Below are positions 40,015-49,293 of a stretch of 64,000 nt of DNA, piece by piece. This stretch comes from a virus. Both the position numbers and the translations under genes were made by a program. Location: positions 9,884 to 73,883 of the IMG/VR virus record IMGVR_UViG_3300009104_000012; one strand, given 5' to 3'. The notes beneath the pieces were generated by a model, which made no database searches, was not told where the DNA came from, and saw only the letters and a list, made by a program, of their open reading frames with translations. The first letter of the stretch is position 1. The number at the start of each line of letters is the position of its first letter.

Positions 40015-40990
40015 TCTTTTTCAATACTTCCTTTGTAAAATATTTTTCAGGATCATTATAGATTTGTTTACCAAATACTTTTGAACCATCTGGCATTTCA
40101 TATCTTGTTGATACCTTTTTAAATAAATCTATTTCTTCTGCTAATTCTAATAAACCATAATATTTGTCTAACCCTTTATCATAGGTTAACATAACATCTA
40201 TCATAGCATTCTCTTTTGTTATTCTTGATTTATAATTTTTACAATGTATAATATTACCAACTACTTCTGTTCCATCTTTTACTTTTTTCTTGGAAAGGTA
40301 GATGATTGATGAAGCAGCGTATTTCAGACCTGAACCGCCACCCATTTCTTTTTGTGGGAACATTGAGCCAATCACATCATAAGTGTGGTTGGTCATTATC
40401 ATAGGCACATTTGCTTTGCCTAATTTAAGTGTTAAAACTCTAAATGTAGATTTGACTATTTGACTTCTAGTCATATCTCTTGTCTCTTTACCTTCTGCTG
40501 TGTCGGTCATTTCTTTAGTTGTAGATAACATACCTAAACTATCTAACACGAACATTAAAGGTTTTCTTTTTGATTCGTCTTGTTCTAAATATTTGTCAAC
40601 TATTTTGATTGCTTGTGCTCTGAATTCTTGTACGGTTGCAACTGGAACAACTACAACTCTTTTACTATCTAAACCTCTCTTCTCAATTAACTCTCTTGAT
40701 ACGGCATTTTCTGATTCGAAATACACCACACCAGCTTCTTTATTAGTATCTAAAAAATTCTTACATATACCTAACGCAAAGAAAGTTTTACCTGTCATAG
40801 CTTCTCCTGCGATAGCAGTTATTCTATTACCTGGTAAACCTCCATAAACACTAGCGGATAGTAAAGCATTGAAAGCGTAGGAACCTGTGTCAATAAAAGT
40901 TGAAACATCAGCAGCGGTTACTCCTTCACTTGCTAATGTAGCATATTCATTTCCAGTTTCTTTGATTATATCTTTTAAAAAATCACTCAT
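39971..40990 (-). CDS. uvsX: UvsX RecA-like recombinase
   Basis: [30 protein letters not shown]. Confidence 0.95.
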   Translation of the reverse strand: MSDFLKDIIKETGNEYATLASEGVTAADVSTFIDTGSYAFNALLSASVYGGLPGNRITAIAGEAMTGKTFFALGICKNFLDTNKEAGVVYFESENAVSRELIEKRGLDSKRVVVVPVATVQEFRAQAIKIVDKYLEQDESKRKPLMFVLDSLGMLSTTKEMTDTAEGKETRDMTRSQIVKSTFRVLTLKLGKANVPMIMTNHTYDVIGSMFPQKEMGGGSGLKYAASSIIYLSKKKVKDGTEVVGNIIHCKNYKSRITKENAMIDVMLTYDKGLDKYYGLLELAEEIDLFKKVSTRYEMPDGSKVFGKQIYNDPEKYFTKEVLKKIDEHTKKKFSYGTE

Positions 40991-41010
40991 TTTTATATTA
41001 TTATCTCCTC

Positions 41011-41039
41011 ATTATATACCAATTATTTATTATTGTCAA
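41011..41039 (-). promoter_or_regulatory. Consensus sigma70 promoter for uvsX
   Basis: TTGACA-N17-TATAAT. Confidence 0.85.
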
Positions 41040-41377
41040 GCTTTATCGTGTAACCATTTAGCCTTGACTACTACAGGTTTTCCTTTTTTCATATGTTCAA
41101 TTTGTTTAGGGCCTGGTTCTTTTTCCCACTCGAATCTATATGTTGTGTCTTCTGGTACCCAACCTACTTGTGGCTCTTCATAAGCCTCTTCAGGTAATTT
41201 AACCCATAACGAATCAAATAACTCTTCAGCACTCATCATACCAAATTGATTATATATCTTACCTGTCATTTCTTCTGTTAGATGACGTAACCTTTCTTTA
41301 TTGTATTCCTTCTTTCGTTGGAAATCCCAATATGGTCCTAGGTCTTCATAACTTTTCTTTGTAATTGTCATTATCAT
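41036..41377 (-). CDS. Hypothetical protein
   Basis: ORF. Confidence 0.6.
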   Translation of the reverse strand: MIMTITKKSYEDLGPYWDFQRKKEYNKERLRHLTEEMTGKIYNQFGMMSAEELFDSLWVKLPEEAYEEPQVGWVPEDTTYRFEWEKEPGPKQIEHMKKGKPVVVKAKWLHDKA

Positions 41378-41378
41378 A

Positions 41379-42773
41379 TTATTTATTATAGATGTAATGT
41401 TCCTTCTTGTCTATCATTGTTGTATAATAATGTGGTAAACTTCTTATTAAGTTTCTATACTTCCTAAAACCTATAGATTTACCCCAACCCATATAGTCCC
41501 TTATTTGACTTATAGTTACCTGTTTATTATCTTTTATAAACTTTAATAACTTTTCTCTACTTCTTGACTCACCCATAATATCTTTTTTAATTACAGATAA
41601 TCCTTCATCTATCATATTCTCAAAACCTTTTACTCTATTCTTCCAACTATGGACTTTTCTACAATGTTTAAGTGCTAGTTTTGCCTGTTCATTTCTCCAT
41701 TTAGTTGAAGTTATTAAATGTTCAAAATGTTCTACTGCTTCATCTACGGTATTAAAACCAGTTTCTAAATCTCCAAACAATTCTTTTGTCTCACTACCAA
41801 TCTGGTAAACATATGGTACACCTTGACCTAATCCGTCCTGTGAAGACATTGCCCAACGGTTACCACCGTGGAAACCTGCAACACATTTATGTAATTCATC
41901 CAAATATTCTTGTCTATCAGCTGGGCCACCAAATTTAATAAAAGATAAATCATCAAAGTATTTTTTTAATTTTGTTTTAGAAGTTGTAGCGTCTGCCATT
42001 GTTAACCATAACCTAAAATCTGTTCTTTTAGACCTTAACTTTTTAATAATTTGTAAAAACTTTTCCCAACCTCTATAGTTATGCGTTCTATGATTGAACA
42101 CTATATAAGGTCCTGATATTTCTTCTACATCTTTTCTAATTTTATCATCTTCAAATCCTAGATAAACTGGTCTCATTATACCTCTTAACTTATCAATTGT
42201 TTGTTTACTATAATGTTGTTCTGCTTCTGCAAGTGTATCATCTATTTGTGTTTGTGTATTAAAACCACACGCCTTCATTAATAACATACCACTAATATTG
42301 TTATGATAAAAACTTACCAACATATTAGGATTGTTTTCTTTGTTCTCTATCCAATGTGAATAACCAATTACAGGAGAGTCCTGACTATATAAGTTTATCA
42401 TATTATTCATTACATTGGTTGTTTGTTCTGGTAAATGTGAAAACACCAAATCTATTTCCATAATTCTATTGTCTAATATAGTTTTCCAAAAATAGAAATC
42501 ATAATGAGACCTCATAGAATTTGGAAATGTAGGTGTATTAAAAATGTATTGTTTAACATTTGGAAAATCAAACTCTTTACAATGTGATGGCATTGGCATA
42601 TGAAAGAATAAATCTTTTCTCTTCTTGTTTAATTCTTTAATGACATTGGACATTACTAGAACATAACTATCTTTTGATAGTTCTCTTTGTTTAGTAATAT
42701 TAGGTACAACTAATATTTGGTAAATATTTTCTTTGCCTAATGGTTGTTTGTTAAAGAATTTATCTAATGTCAT
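41379..42773 (-). CDS. GT-B fold glycosyltransferase-like protein (candidate DNA-modifying)
   Basis: FSHLPE, YSHW, IVFNHR, Y...L...GF...WAMS..DG...GVP GT-B pattern; C-terminal HTH-like tail. Confidence 0.6.
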   Translation of the reverse strand: MTLDKFFNKQPLGKENIYQILVVPNITKQRELSKDSYVLVMSNVIKELNKKRKDLFFHMPMPSHCKEFDFPNVKQYIFNTPTFPNSMRSHYDFYFWKTILDNRIMEIDLVFSHLPEQTTNVMNNMINLYSQDSPVIGYSHWIENKENNPNMLVSFYHNNISGMLLMKACGFNTQTQIDDTLAEAEQHYSKQTIDKLRGIMRPVYLGFEDDKIRKDVEEISGPYIVFNHRTHNYRGWEKFLQIIKKLRSKRTDFRLWLTMADATTSKTKLKKYFDDLSFIKFGGPADRQEYLDELHKCVAGFHGGNRWAMSSQDGLGQGVPYVYQIGSETKELFGDLETGFNTVDEAVEHFEHLITSTKWRNEQAKLALKHCRKVHSWKNRVKGFENMIDEGLSVIKKDIMGESRSREKLLKFIKDNKQVTISQIRDYMGWGKSIGFRKYRNLIRSLPHYYTTMIDKKEHYIYNK

Positions 42774-43602
42774 TAGCTAATCTCCTTGCACCATAAGTTA
42801 TCATAAAATCTGCACCAGCTCTTTTAAATACTTCGTATGTTTCTCTTAAACTACCAGGCGCACCAATACCTAACCACTCACCCGATACTTGATAAGCACC
42901 ACAAGGTTTGCCTGTTGCTTTCTTTATGCCATAAATTAAATCTATACTTGTCATACCTGGTTTCACCATTAATTCATCTGCACCATCTTGAGCATATTTT
43001 ATAGACCTTTTAATTGCACCTGCTTTATCTGATACATCTAATTGATATGGTCTTTCAATCCCTTTCGGTATCGCCATAGTCTCACGCCAACCTCTATAAA
43101 AAGTAGAACGGAATTTTGTACTATAACTCATCACAGGTATATTACCATCTTTTATTGATTTAATATTCTTAACCGTATTATCTTGACAATCACTTGGTGC
43201 TATTGTAGCACCTGAAGCTGTGTAAATATCTTTTGCTTGTTGTAATAATAATTTATCTGTACGCTCTTGGTCTCCTATAATGCAACAATGTCCGTCCTGT
43301 GTATAAGAACATAAACAAATATCTACATTTAATTTAATAGGTAAAGTTGAAAGACTAGCTGCTACTACACATACTTGGTCAAATTTATGGTCATCAATTC
43401 CTTCTCCAGGTCTCCAACTATCTGATTTTTCTCCTAGTTTAAATTCTGGAACATAGAATAATAAAAACTCTTTAACACCTAGGTCTATATCTTTCTTAAC
43501 TCTTTCGTTAATTTCTTTCCAAGCATTAAAAATTTTATTATCTTCACCTAATCCAGTATCTTTTGTTCTAGGTCCAGCAAATATTGGTTGTATTAATCTC
43601 AT
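42760..43602 (-). CDS. hemB: Divergent porphobilinogen synthase (ALA dehydratase)-family protein
   Basis: LIQPIF, DICLCSYTQDGHC, IAPSD, MSYSTKF, YQLD, GADELMVKPG, AYQVSGE, KRAGAD..ITY. Confidence 0.85.
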   Translation of the reverse strand: MRLIQPIFAGPRTKDTGLGEDNKIFNAWKEINERVKKDIDLGVKEFLLFYVPEFKLGEKSDSWRPGEGIDDHKFDQVCVVAASLSTLPIKLNVDICLCSYTQDGHCCIIGDQERTDKLLLQQAKDIYTASGATIAPSDCQDNTVKNIKSIKDGNIPVMSYSTKFRSTFYRGWRETMAIPKGIERPYQLDVSDKAGAIKRSIKYAQDGADELMVKPGMTSIDLIYGIKKATGKPCGAYQVSGEWLGIGAPGSLRETYEVFKRAGADFMITYGARRLANDIR

Positions 43603-44708
43603 CTTATTATATCAATCTTGTCCATAGTCTGATTGTTCCATACTTCGTTTTCAGTTCTTAATTTATTATCTGTTTTTAATTTGTCATATCTTTTTGTTGC
43701 TTTATTCTTCCACCATTTTACAATATTTTCTAATTCAAATTTATCATAGTTTTCACCTTTAATTAACTTATCGGTCTTACCTAATAATATATCTTTGACA
43801 TTTGAGAAACCATAATCTGACATATAAAATCTTTTTTGTGTTGTAATACCTTCTGCCTTTGCCATAGATTTAACAAAGGTATCATAATCACCACTACCTT
43901 TTAATGCTCTCTTAACCATACCAATCATTGCTGTGGTAATTTTTAACTTTCTACTAGAGGCACCTTTATGTACAATATCATCACCTATAATATCTTCAAT
44001 ATAACTTTTTAAATTAAAATAAGTTTCTTCACCTAAAGTTGGTACAAATTTTGACATTGTATCTCCTTTATATCTTAAATATGGTTTCAGTCCATCATAC
44101 ATAGATGTACCTTTTATATTACCATATAAACTTGTAGTTTCAAACAAACAAAATTCTGTATCATATTTCTTATTTAGCATTTCTCTTACTTTATGAGAAC
44201 AACAAATCAATGCCAATAGTTTACCACCAAGATAATTAAAACCAAATGGTTGTACTGGTACTATATTGAAACCCATTATGGCCCTTTTATTAAAGATAGG
44301 TAAATCTGGAGTACCACCCAAATAATTATTTCTTGGTTTAGAATTGATAATAGGCGAACCTAATTTAATAAATCCTATAATAGTATTTGAAGTATTATCT
44401 TTAACAACTAATTTTAATTCTTTACCTGGCGCCTGGTCTGGAGAGAAACTAGCAATCATTTCCAACATTGTATTAAAAGTGGAGTGTTGCATTTCAACCA
44501 CTTGTATATCCATATCTTCAGGTTTAATATTATAATCATTAAACATATCATCTTCCAATCCAAAACCTGGTAGTGATGGTGGAATATTCTTAACTCTTTC
44601 AATCTTTCTCAATCTAAAATAGTCATCTATACGATTCAAACTATCAAAATAATCTCTAAAGATTTTAGAGCAATGTAATGCTTGTTCAACGTTTAGGGTC
44701 TTCATCAT
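43599..44708 (-). CDS. DUF4338/DruA-like (Mom-related GNAT) protein
   Basis: PGKEL...GFIKLGSP, IVPVQPFGFNYLGGKLLALIC, ETTSLYG, SMYDGL. Confidence 0.75.
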   Translation of the reverse strand: MMKTLNVEQALHCSKIFRDYFDSLNRIDDYFRLRKIERVKNIPPSLPGFGLEDDMFNDYNIKPEDMDIQVVEMQHSTFNTMLEMIASFSPDQAPGKELKLVVKDNTSNTIIGFIKLGSPIINSKPRNNYLGGTPDLPIFNKRAIMGFNIVPVQPFGFNYLGGKLLALICCSHKVREMLNKKYDTEFCLFETTSLYGNIKGTSMYDGLKPYLRYKGDTMSKFVPTLGEETYFNLKSYIEDIIGDDIVHKGASSRKLKITTAMIGMVKRALKGSGDYDTFVKSMAKAEGITTQKRFYMSDYGFSNVKDILLGKTDKLIKGENYDKFELENIVKWWKNKATKRYDKLKTDNKLRTENEVWNNQTMDKIDIIR

Positions 44709-44796
44709 TCCACTTCTTTAATAACCATATCGGTAATATATAAACTAATACCATAAATAATATAAAAATTAATCCTACTCCTATCATTTCCATCAT
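44686..44796 (-). CDS. Small membrane protein (36 aa)
   Basis: Manual translation MMEMIGVGLIFILFMVLVYILPIWLLKKWNDEDPKR; ATGA-coupled. Confidence 0.45.
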   Translation of the reverse strand: MMEMIGVGLIFILFMVLVYILPIWLLKKWNDEDPKR

Positions 44797-45335
44797 AATT
44801 CATTCCCCCAATTATCCCAACCATCTACTTGTTGTCGGGCAAATAGTTCTATTCTTGGCAGATCACCTGCCAACTCTATAATTCTTGACCTAACCTCATC
44901 TGGTTTTCTACTATGTTCTCTTCGTTCAGCAACCACTAATCTATCTACATTGGTACCAACTCTATGTGGTTTTCCTTTTGTTGCCAAGATACATATTTCA
45001 GGATTGGCTCTTGTCCATAATCCTGTACCTTTAAAATAATAATTCTTAATTCTATTCTTGTTAGTTTTTATCCAATAAAATCCTACCGTCTTATATTTAA
45101 AACCCCATTTCTCAACAATTGGTATTTGTTTATGTAATAATGGGTCTGTACACCACATAAACAATATACAATCTTTATCTGCAATATCTCCAACTGGTAA
45201 ATCTTCAATCTCTTTCATTGTCATTGTTGGATAATGGTGTATAGGATTTGTTTGTGCCTTATCATTATTCCAATTCTGAAAATGCCAAGGAGGATCGGCA
45301 TAAATTATATTATATTTTTTCTTACTTAATTCCAA
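44793..45335 (-). CDS. MT-A70-family N6-adenine methyltransferase
   Basis: IIYADPPW, LFMW, WGFKYKT, TRANPE, HSRKP, RIELFAR, GWDNWGNE. Confidence 0.92.
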   Translation of the reverse strand: MELSKKKYNIIYADPPWHFQNWNNDKAQTNPIHHYPTMTMKEIEDLPVGDIADKDCILFMWCTDPLLHKQIPIVEKWGFKYKTVGFYWIKTNKNRIKNYYFKGTGLWTRANPEICILATKGKPHRVGTNVDRLVVAERREHSRKPDEVRSRIIELAGDLPRIELFARQQVDGWDNWGNEL

Positions 45336-47800
45336 AAGTCCTCCAAACTCGCCACTCGTTCATACTTCCAACCAATAGAGTTTAATATAAATCTCAATGG
45401 GTCTAAAAATGTTTTTTCAAATTGAGTTGTATAATCTATATACTCTTGCAACTTAAATTCTCTAGGTAATTTTGTAAGATAACTAATAACACCATACTTA
45501 AATGGATTAGGTTCTTTTAATAATATAAACTTAATCTTATCTCCTTCTTGTATCAATGGATATTTAGCAGTAAGTTTAAGTTGTTTTAAATAATGATTGT
45601 ATATTAAAGACCCTTTAACGTGTATTGGACAACTCTTCTGAAATATATTACTAGCGTCTGAATATTTTTTAAGATTATTACAAGACCTTGGAAAAGCAAT
45701 CGCTTCTGGTGGTAGTCCTTCAAATTCATTTTTAAACTTATCAACAAAATTAATTAAATCTGGTTCTTCCTTCTTCATAATAATATCAATTGCTTCTTTA
45801 ATTCTTTTTCTACAAATTGCTGGTGTTGAAGATTTAACTGCCTCAATTCCCATAATTTTCATTTTAGGTTCAGCATATCTAACGCCTTCACTATCATATA
45901 CATTTAACATATATCTTTTCTTTGATACCCATATACCTTTATCAGCAATAACTTCTCTTGCCATTTCCATTTTTTGGTCAAAAGCATTTGTATATTCTGC
46001 AAGTTCTTTATAACACTTATCAATATATGGTTCAAATTGTTTTTCACACGCCTTGTTTAAAAATTCAACTACTTGGTCTTTTGATTTATTACCACATATT
46101 TTTTCTACTAACTTATCTAAACACACATAAATTGAATCTGTATCAGACGCAACTATATAATCGTGGTCATCTGTTTTTAATAAATGATTTAAATAATCGT
46201 TCATCTTATTCTCAATAAATTTAATAACATACTGACCTCCAGTAGTTATCGCTGTCGCTTGTCTTACATCATAGTATCTGAAAAATTGGTTACCAATAGC
46301 ACCATAGGCACTATTCAATGCAATCTTTCTTGACCATTGTATATTATGGAATCTACTTACCTTTTTTAATAAAGACTTCTCTTTTGTTTTTTCATATTCT
46401 TGTCTTGCTTTAATTTCTTTTTGTTTAAATTTAACTCGTTCTTTATACATTGTCTCCATCATATTAGCAAGAAAACCTTGACTATCGGTTTTAAACAACG
46501 CACCATTTGGAGTTATACACGCACCTTCTTTTTTAAGATAACTTAAATCTGATTTTTTATTTAATAAATTACTTACAGAAACTCCATTACCTTTCATACC
46601 AATAATTTTTTCAGGTGAAATATTATATTGCATAATTAAATGTGGATACAAACTATTTAAATCAAATGACACTACCCACTTATGCATACCAACCTGTGGA
46701 TCTTTTACATATGCACCAATATATTTTGTATCTTTACTATGTTCTTCTCTAGGTGGTACAGCAATCTTATTTTTTAATAAGTGATTATAAATTAAAGTAT
46801 CCCAAGTTCTAACTTGACTAAACACATCTGAATAATTTACTTTAGCGTCATACGCCATAGTTAAGACTAGTTCAATTAAACCAAGTTTATCTTCTAGTCT
46901 ATCCACTATTTCAACATCTTGAATATTATAATCTATAAAAGATTGTAAATCTTTAGTGTACCATTCTTTAAATGTATCATAAGGGTTATCATCTTTCTTT
47001 TCGCCTAGTTCTACTTGACCAATCCAATCCAATCTATAACTCTCTTGTCTTGTTGGAATATATTTTGTATATAAATCCAAATAATCTAACATTGCAATAC
47101 CAACCACATTGTATACCGTTTGTGGTCTACCTCTTACTTCAACCGTTTCTTGTTCAACTATATTCCAAGGTGATAATTTTCTTATTACTTTTTCATCTGT
47201 TAATAATTTAATTCTATTGCATAGATATGGTAAATCAAAAAACTTTGTATTCCAACCTGTAATAACATCTGGATAATTTTTCATCCAGAATTTCATAAAC
47301 TCCATTATTAAAACTTTTTCATTACTACATTTAATATAGGTTACATCTTTTCTATCTGTTTTAAAATCACCAATACCCCAAGTTATAATCTGTTTGTTAG
47401 AGGCATTTTTAACCGTAATACATATTAACTCTTCTATAGGATTTTGTACATCTGGAAATCCATCTTCACAGGTTGTTTCTATATCTAATGTAAAAATGGA
47501 AATAAATTCTTTAGACCATTCAATTGTTTCTGGATATTCAGCTGAAATATATTGATATTGAAATCTATCTAAACCAAATAATGGAGCACCACTATATGAT
47601 TTTTTAAATTCTCTTGCTCTTGAAATACTATTAAAGTTTACAGGTTTTAAATTTTGACCTTGTAAAGTTTTCCAATCTCCATTACCTAATACATAAAGAG
47701 TTGGATTAAAATCTATCTTCTCTTGGAAAGACTTGTTTCTTTCAATACCACGGACTAGTAATTTACCTCTATGTTCAATAACTGATTTATAAAAATTCAC
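45326..47800 (-). CDS. T4 gp43-like family B DNA polymerase
   Basis: DIET exonuclease, SFDLNSLYP, KIALNSAYG, SDTDS, C-terminal clamp motif SLEDFW. Confidence 0.97.
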   Translation of the reverse strand: MNFYKSVIEHRGKLLVRGIERNKSFQEKIDFNPTLYVLGNGDWKTLQGQNLKPVNFNSISRAREFKKSYSGAPLFGLDRFQYQYISAEYPETIEWSKEFISIFTLDIETTCEDGFPDVQNPIEELICITVKNASNKQIITWGIGDFKTDRKDVTYIKCSNEKVLIMEFMKFWMKNYPDVITGWNTKFFDLPYLCNRIKLLTDEKVIRKLSPWNIVEQETVEVRGRPQTVYNVVGIAMLDYLDLYTKYIPTRQESYRLDWIGQVELGEKKDDNPYDTFKEWYTKDLQSFIDYNIQDVEIVDRLEDKLGLIELVLTMAYDAKVNYSDVFSQVRTWDTLIYNHLLKNKIAVPPREEHSKDTKYIGAYVKDPQVGMHKWVVSFDLNSLYPHLIMQYNISPEKIIGMKGNGVSVSNLLNKKSDLSYLKKEGACITPNGALFKTDSQGFLANMMETMYKERVKFKQKEIKARQEYEKTKEKSLLKKVSRFHNIQWSRKIALNSAYGAIGNQFFRYYDVRQATAITTGGQYVIKFIENKMNDYLNHLLKTDDHDYIVASDTDSIYVCLDKLVEKICGNKSKDQVVEFLNKACEKQFEPYIDKCYKELAEYTNAFDQKMEMAREVIADKGIWVSKKRYMLNVYDSEGVRYAEPKMKIMGIEAVKSSTPAICRKRIKEAIDIIMKKEEPDLINFVDKFKNEFEGLPPEAIAFPRSCNNLKKYSDASNIFQKSCPIHVKGSLIYNHYLKQLKLTAKYPLIQEGDKIKFILLKEPNPFKYGVISYLTKLPREFKLQEYIDYTTQFEKTFLDPLRFILNSIGWKYERVASLEDFWN

Positions 47801-48602
47801 TTAAATTGCCTTCCGCTTTATACTTTGATATGTTCTTCCTATTATACACCATTTCTTTCGATAAGTCAAATGGCATTTTCTTTGTTTCTTTGTACGAAGA
47901 AGTTCCACTCATCCACGACTTCACCCACCAAATCAAATCGGTATGTTTTGGGTATTTTAAGTTCCAAGTAACCGTTGACTTTTTTAAATTTTTTCGGTCT
48001 TTCGGTGTCATTGGATAGATATATCTAAATTGTTTACCCTTCACTCGGTTCAATTTTAATTCTTTAAGTTGTTTTGGGTTTGGTCTATGACCGTATTTTA
48101 AACCTTCTTTATTTGGTAATTGTCCTTGTAAAGTTCTAGGGTGTACTTTCTCTCCTGTTTCGGTAACATAAGTATCTGTTATAGAAAATCCACCATATAA
48201 AAAATTAGCTGCCTGATATACATAGCCAGGTTTGCCCACAATACCATCTGCCCAAGTATAAAGATATTTAACATCTGTATTTTGTTTTAACCATTTAATT
48301 GATAGTGATAGTAATTGAGATTCAGAATTTCTAGGCATAGAATCATCCATACACATCTTGCCTATTTCTAGGTAATCTTTTGTATCTAATTTTGGAAATA
48401 ATTTTTGTATAGTATGTTTTGGTCTTGTACCCCAACCAAAGGTAATAACTCCAACTAATGTATCATATGAATCTACTGGAAACTTTTTGTTTCTTACAAA
48501 GCAACCTAGATAATGCTTAGTGAGTCTCGGCATAACAGCCGAGTAATGGCGTTTAGCAACGAATTCAGCTGCTGTTATTTTGTGTAAAGGTTTTATTATC
48601 AT
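47787..48602 (-). CDS. Mom-family adenine-modifying GNAT enzyme
   Basis: KRHYS, GVITFG, EIGKMC...PRNSESQLLS, YTWAD, GYVYQAANFLYGG, KFRYIY-like motif. Confidence 0.85.
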   Translation of the reverse strand: MIIKPLHKITAAEFVAKRHYSAVMPRLTKHYLGCFVRNKKFPVDSYDTLVGVITFGWGTRPKHTIQKLFPKLDTKDYLEIGKMCMDDSMPRNSESQLLSLSIKWLKQNTDVKYLYTWADGIVGKPGYVYQAANFLYGGFSITDTYVTETGEKVHPRTLQGQLPNKEGLKYGHRPNPKQLKELKLNRVKGKQFRYIYPMTPKDRKNLKKSTVTWNLKYPKHTDLIWWVKSWMSGTSSYKETKKMPFDLSKEMVYNRKNISKYKAEGNLSEFL

Positions 48603-48922
48603 TATATATCATCTTTGTCTCTCAATTCTACTATCAATTTGTCGTGTTCTTTGCCTAACATTATTTGGCAACCTAATCTACTTCTTTTAGGGTCATAACC
48701 CTTTTCATATTCCAAGAGTTCTTGTTCTAAACTATTTTCAACAATTGGTAAATTATCCACATACACGTGGCAGGTAGCACAGGCGCAATTACCCCCACAA
48801 TCGGCAGGTATTTCGGGAATTGGAACACTACTAAACTTTGTAGCAGCTTCCATAATTGAAAATCCTGGTGGTACTTCAACTCTTATCTTTGAACCGTCTC
48901 TTACAAAATATATTTCTATCAT
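48602..48922 (-). CDS. fdx: 2Fe-2S ferredoxin (ISC/adrenodoxin type)
   Basis: CGGNCACATCHV ... SRLGCQ. Confidence 0.92.
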   Translation of the reverse strand: MIEIYFVRDGSKIRVEVPPGFSIMEAATKFSSVPIPEIPADCGGNCACATCHVYVDNLPIVENSLEQELLEYEKGYDPKRSRLGCQIMLGKEHDKLIVELRDKDDI

Positions 48923-48925
48923 TCA

Positions 48926-49255
48926 TCACTTATCTATTTTAGGTAATTCTGTTTCAGTAATCAATTCTGGTTTTCTTGGTTGTATAATTCCTGTACCTAA
49001 ATGATAATTGTATGAGTTTTTTATATCTGTTTTTGGTGATACCTCTGCTATAATATGTTCTCTTTTAATTTTAATAACATCTTCTGTAGCATAAGGTAAA
49101 TAGGGAGTTAACATTAATTGTACAGGTTTTCCTGGTGCTGATTGTGTTGGTATAATCACAAACGCTTTTTTAATTTCTGTTATCTCTCCTGATTGATTTT
49201 GTATTTGGCCTATTACATCTTCGCCAGTAGATAATCTTAATATTTTTATTTCCAT
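48926..49255 (-). CDS. Conserved T4-like Sm-fold-like protein
   Basis: IKILRLSTGEDVI...PYLPY. Confidence 0.6.
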   Translation of the reverse strand: MEIKILRLSTGEDVIGQIQNQSGEITEIKKAFVIIPTQSAPGKPVQLMLTPYLPYATEDVIKIKREHIIAEVSPKTDIKNSYNYHLGTGIIQPRKPELITETELPKIDK

Positions 49256-49264
49256 AATCTCCTC

Positions 49265-49293
49265 ATTATATCATTACTTTAATCTAATGTCAA
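49265..49293 (-). promoter_or_regulatory. Consensus sigma70 promoter heading the fdx-mom-polymerase operon
   Basis: TTGACA-N17-TATAAT. Confidence 0.85.

Noticed and set aside
12228-47800. Introns or inteins in nrdA, nrdB, helicase or polymerase
   Set aside because: All are continuous ORFs of normal length with no intein motifs
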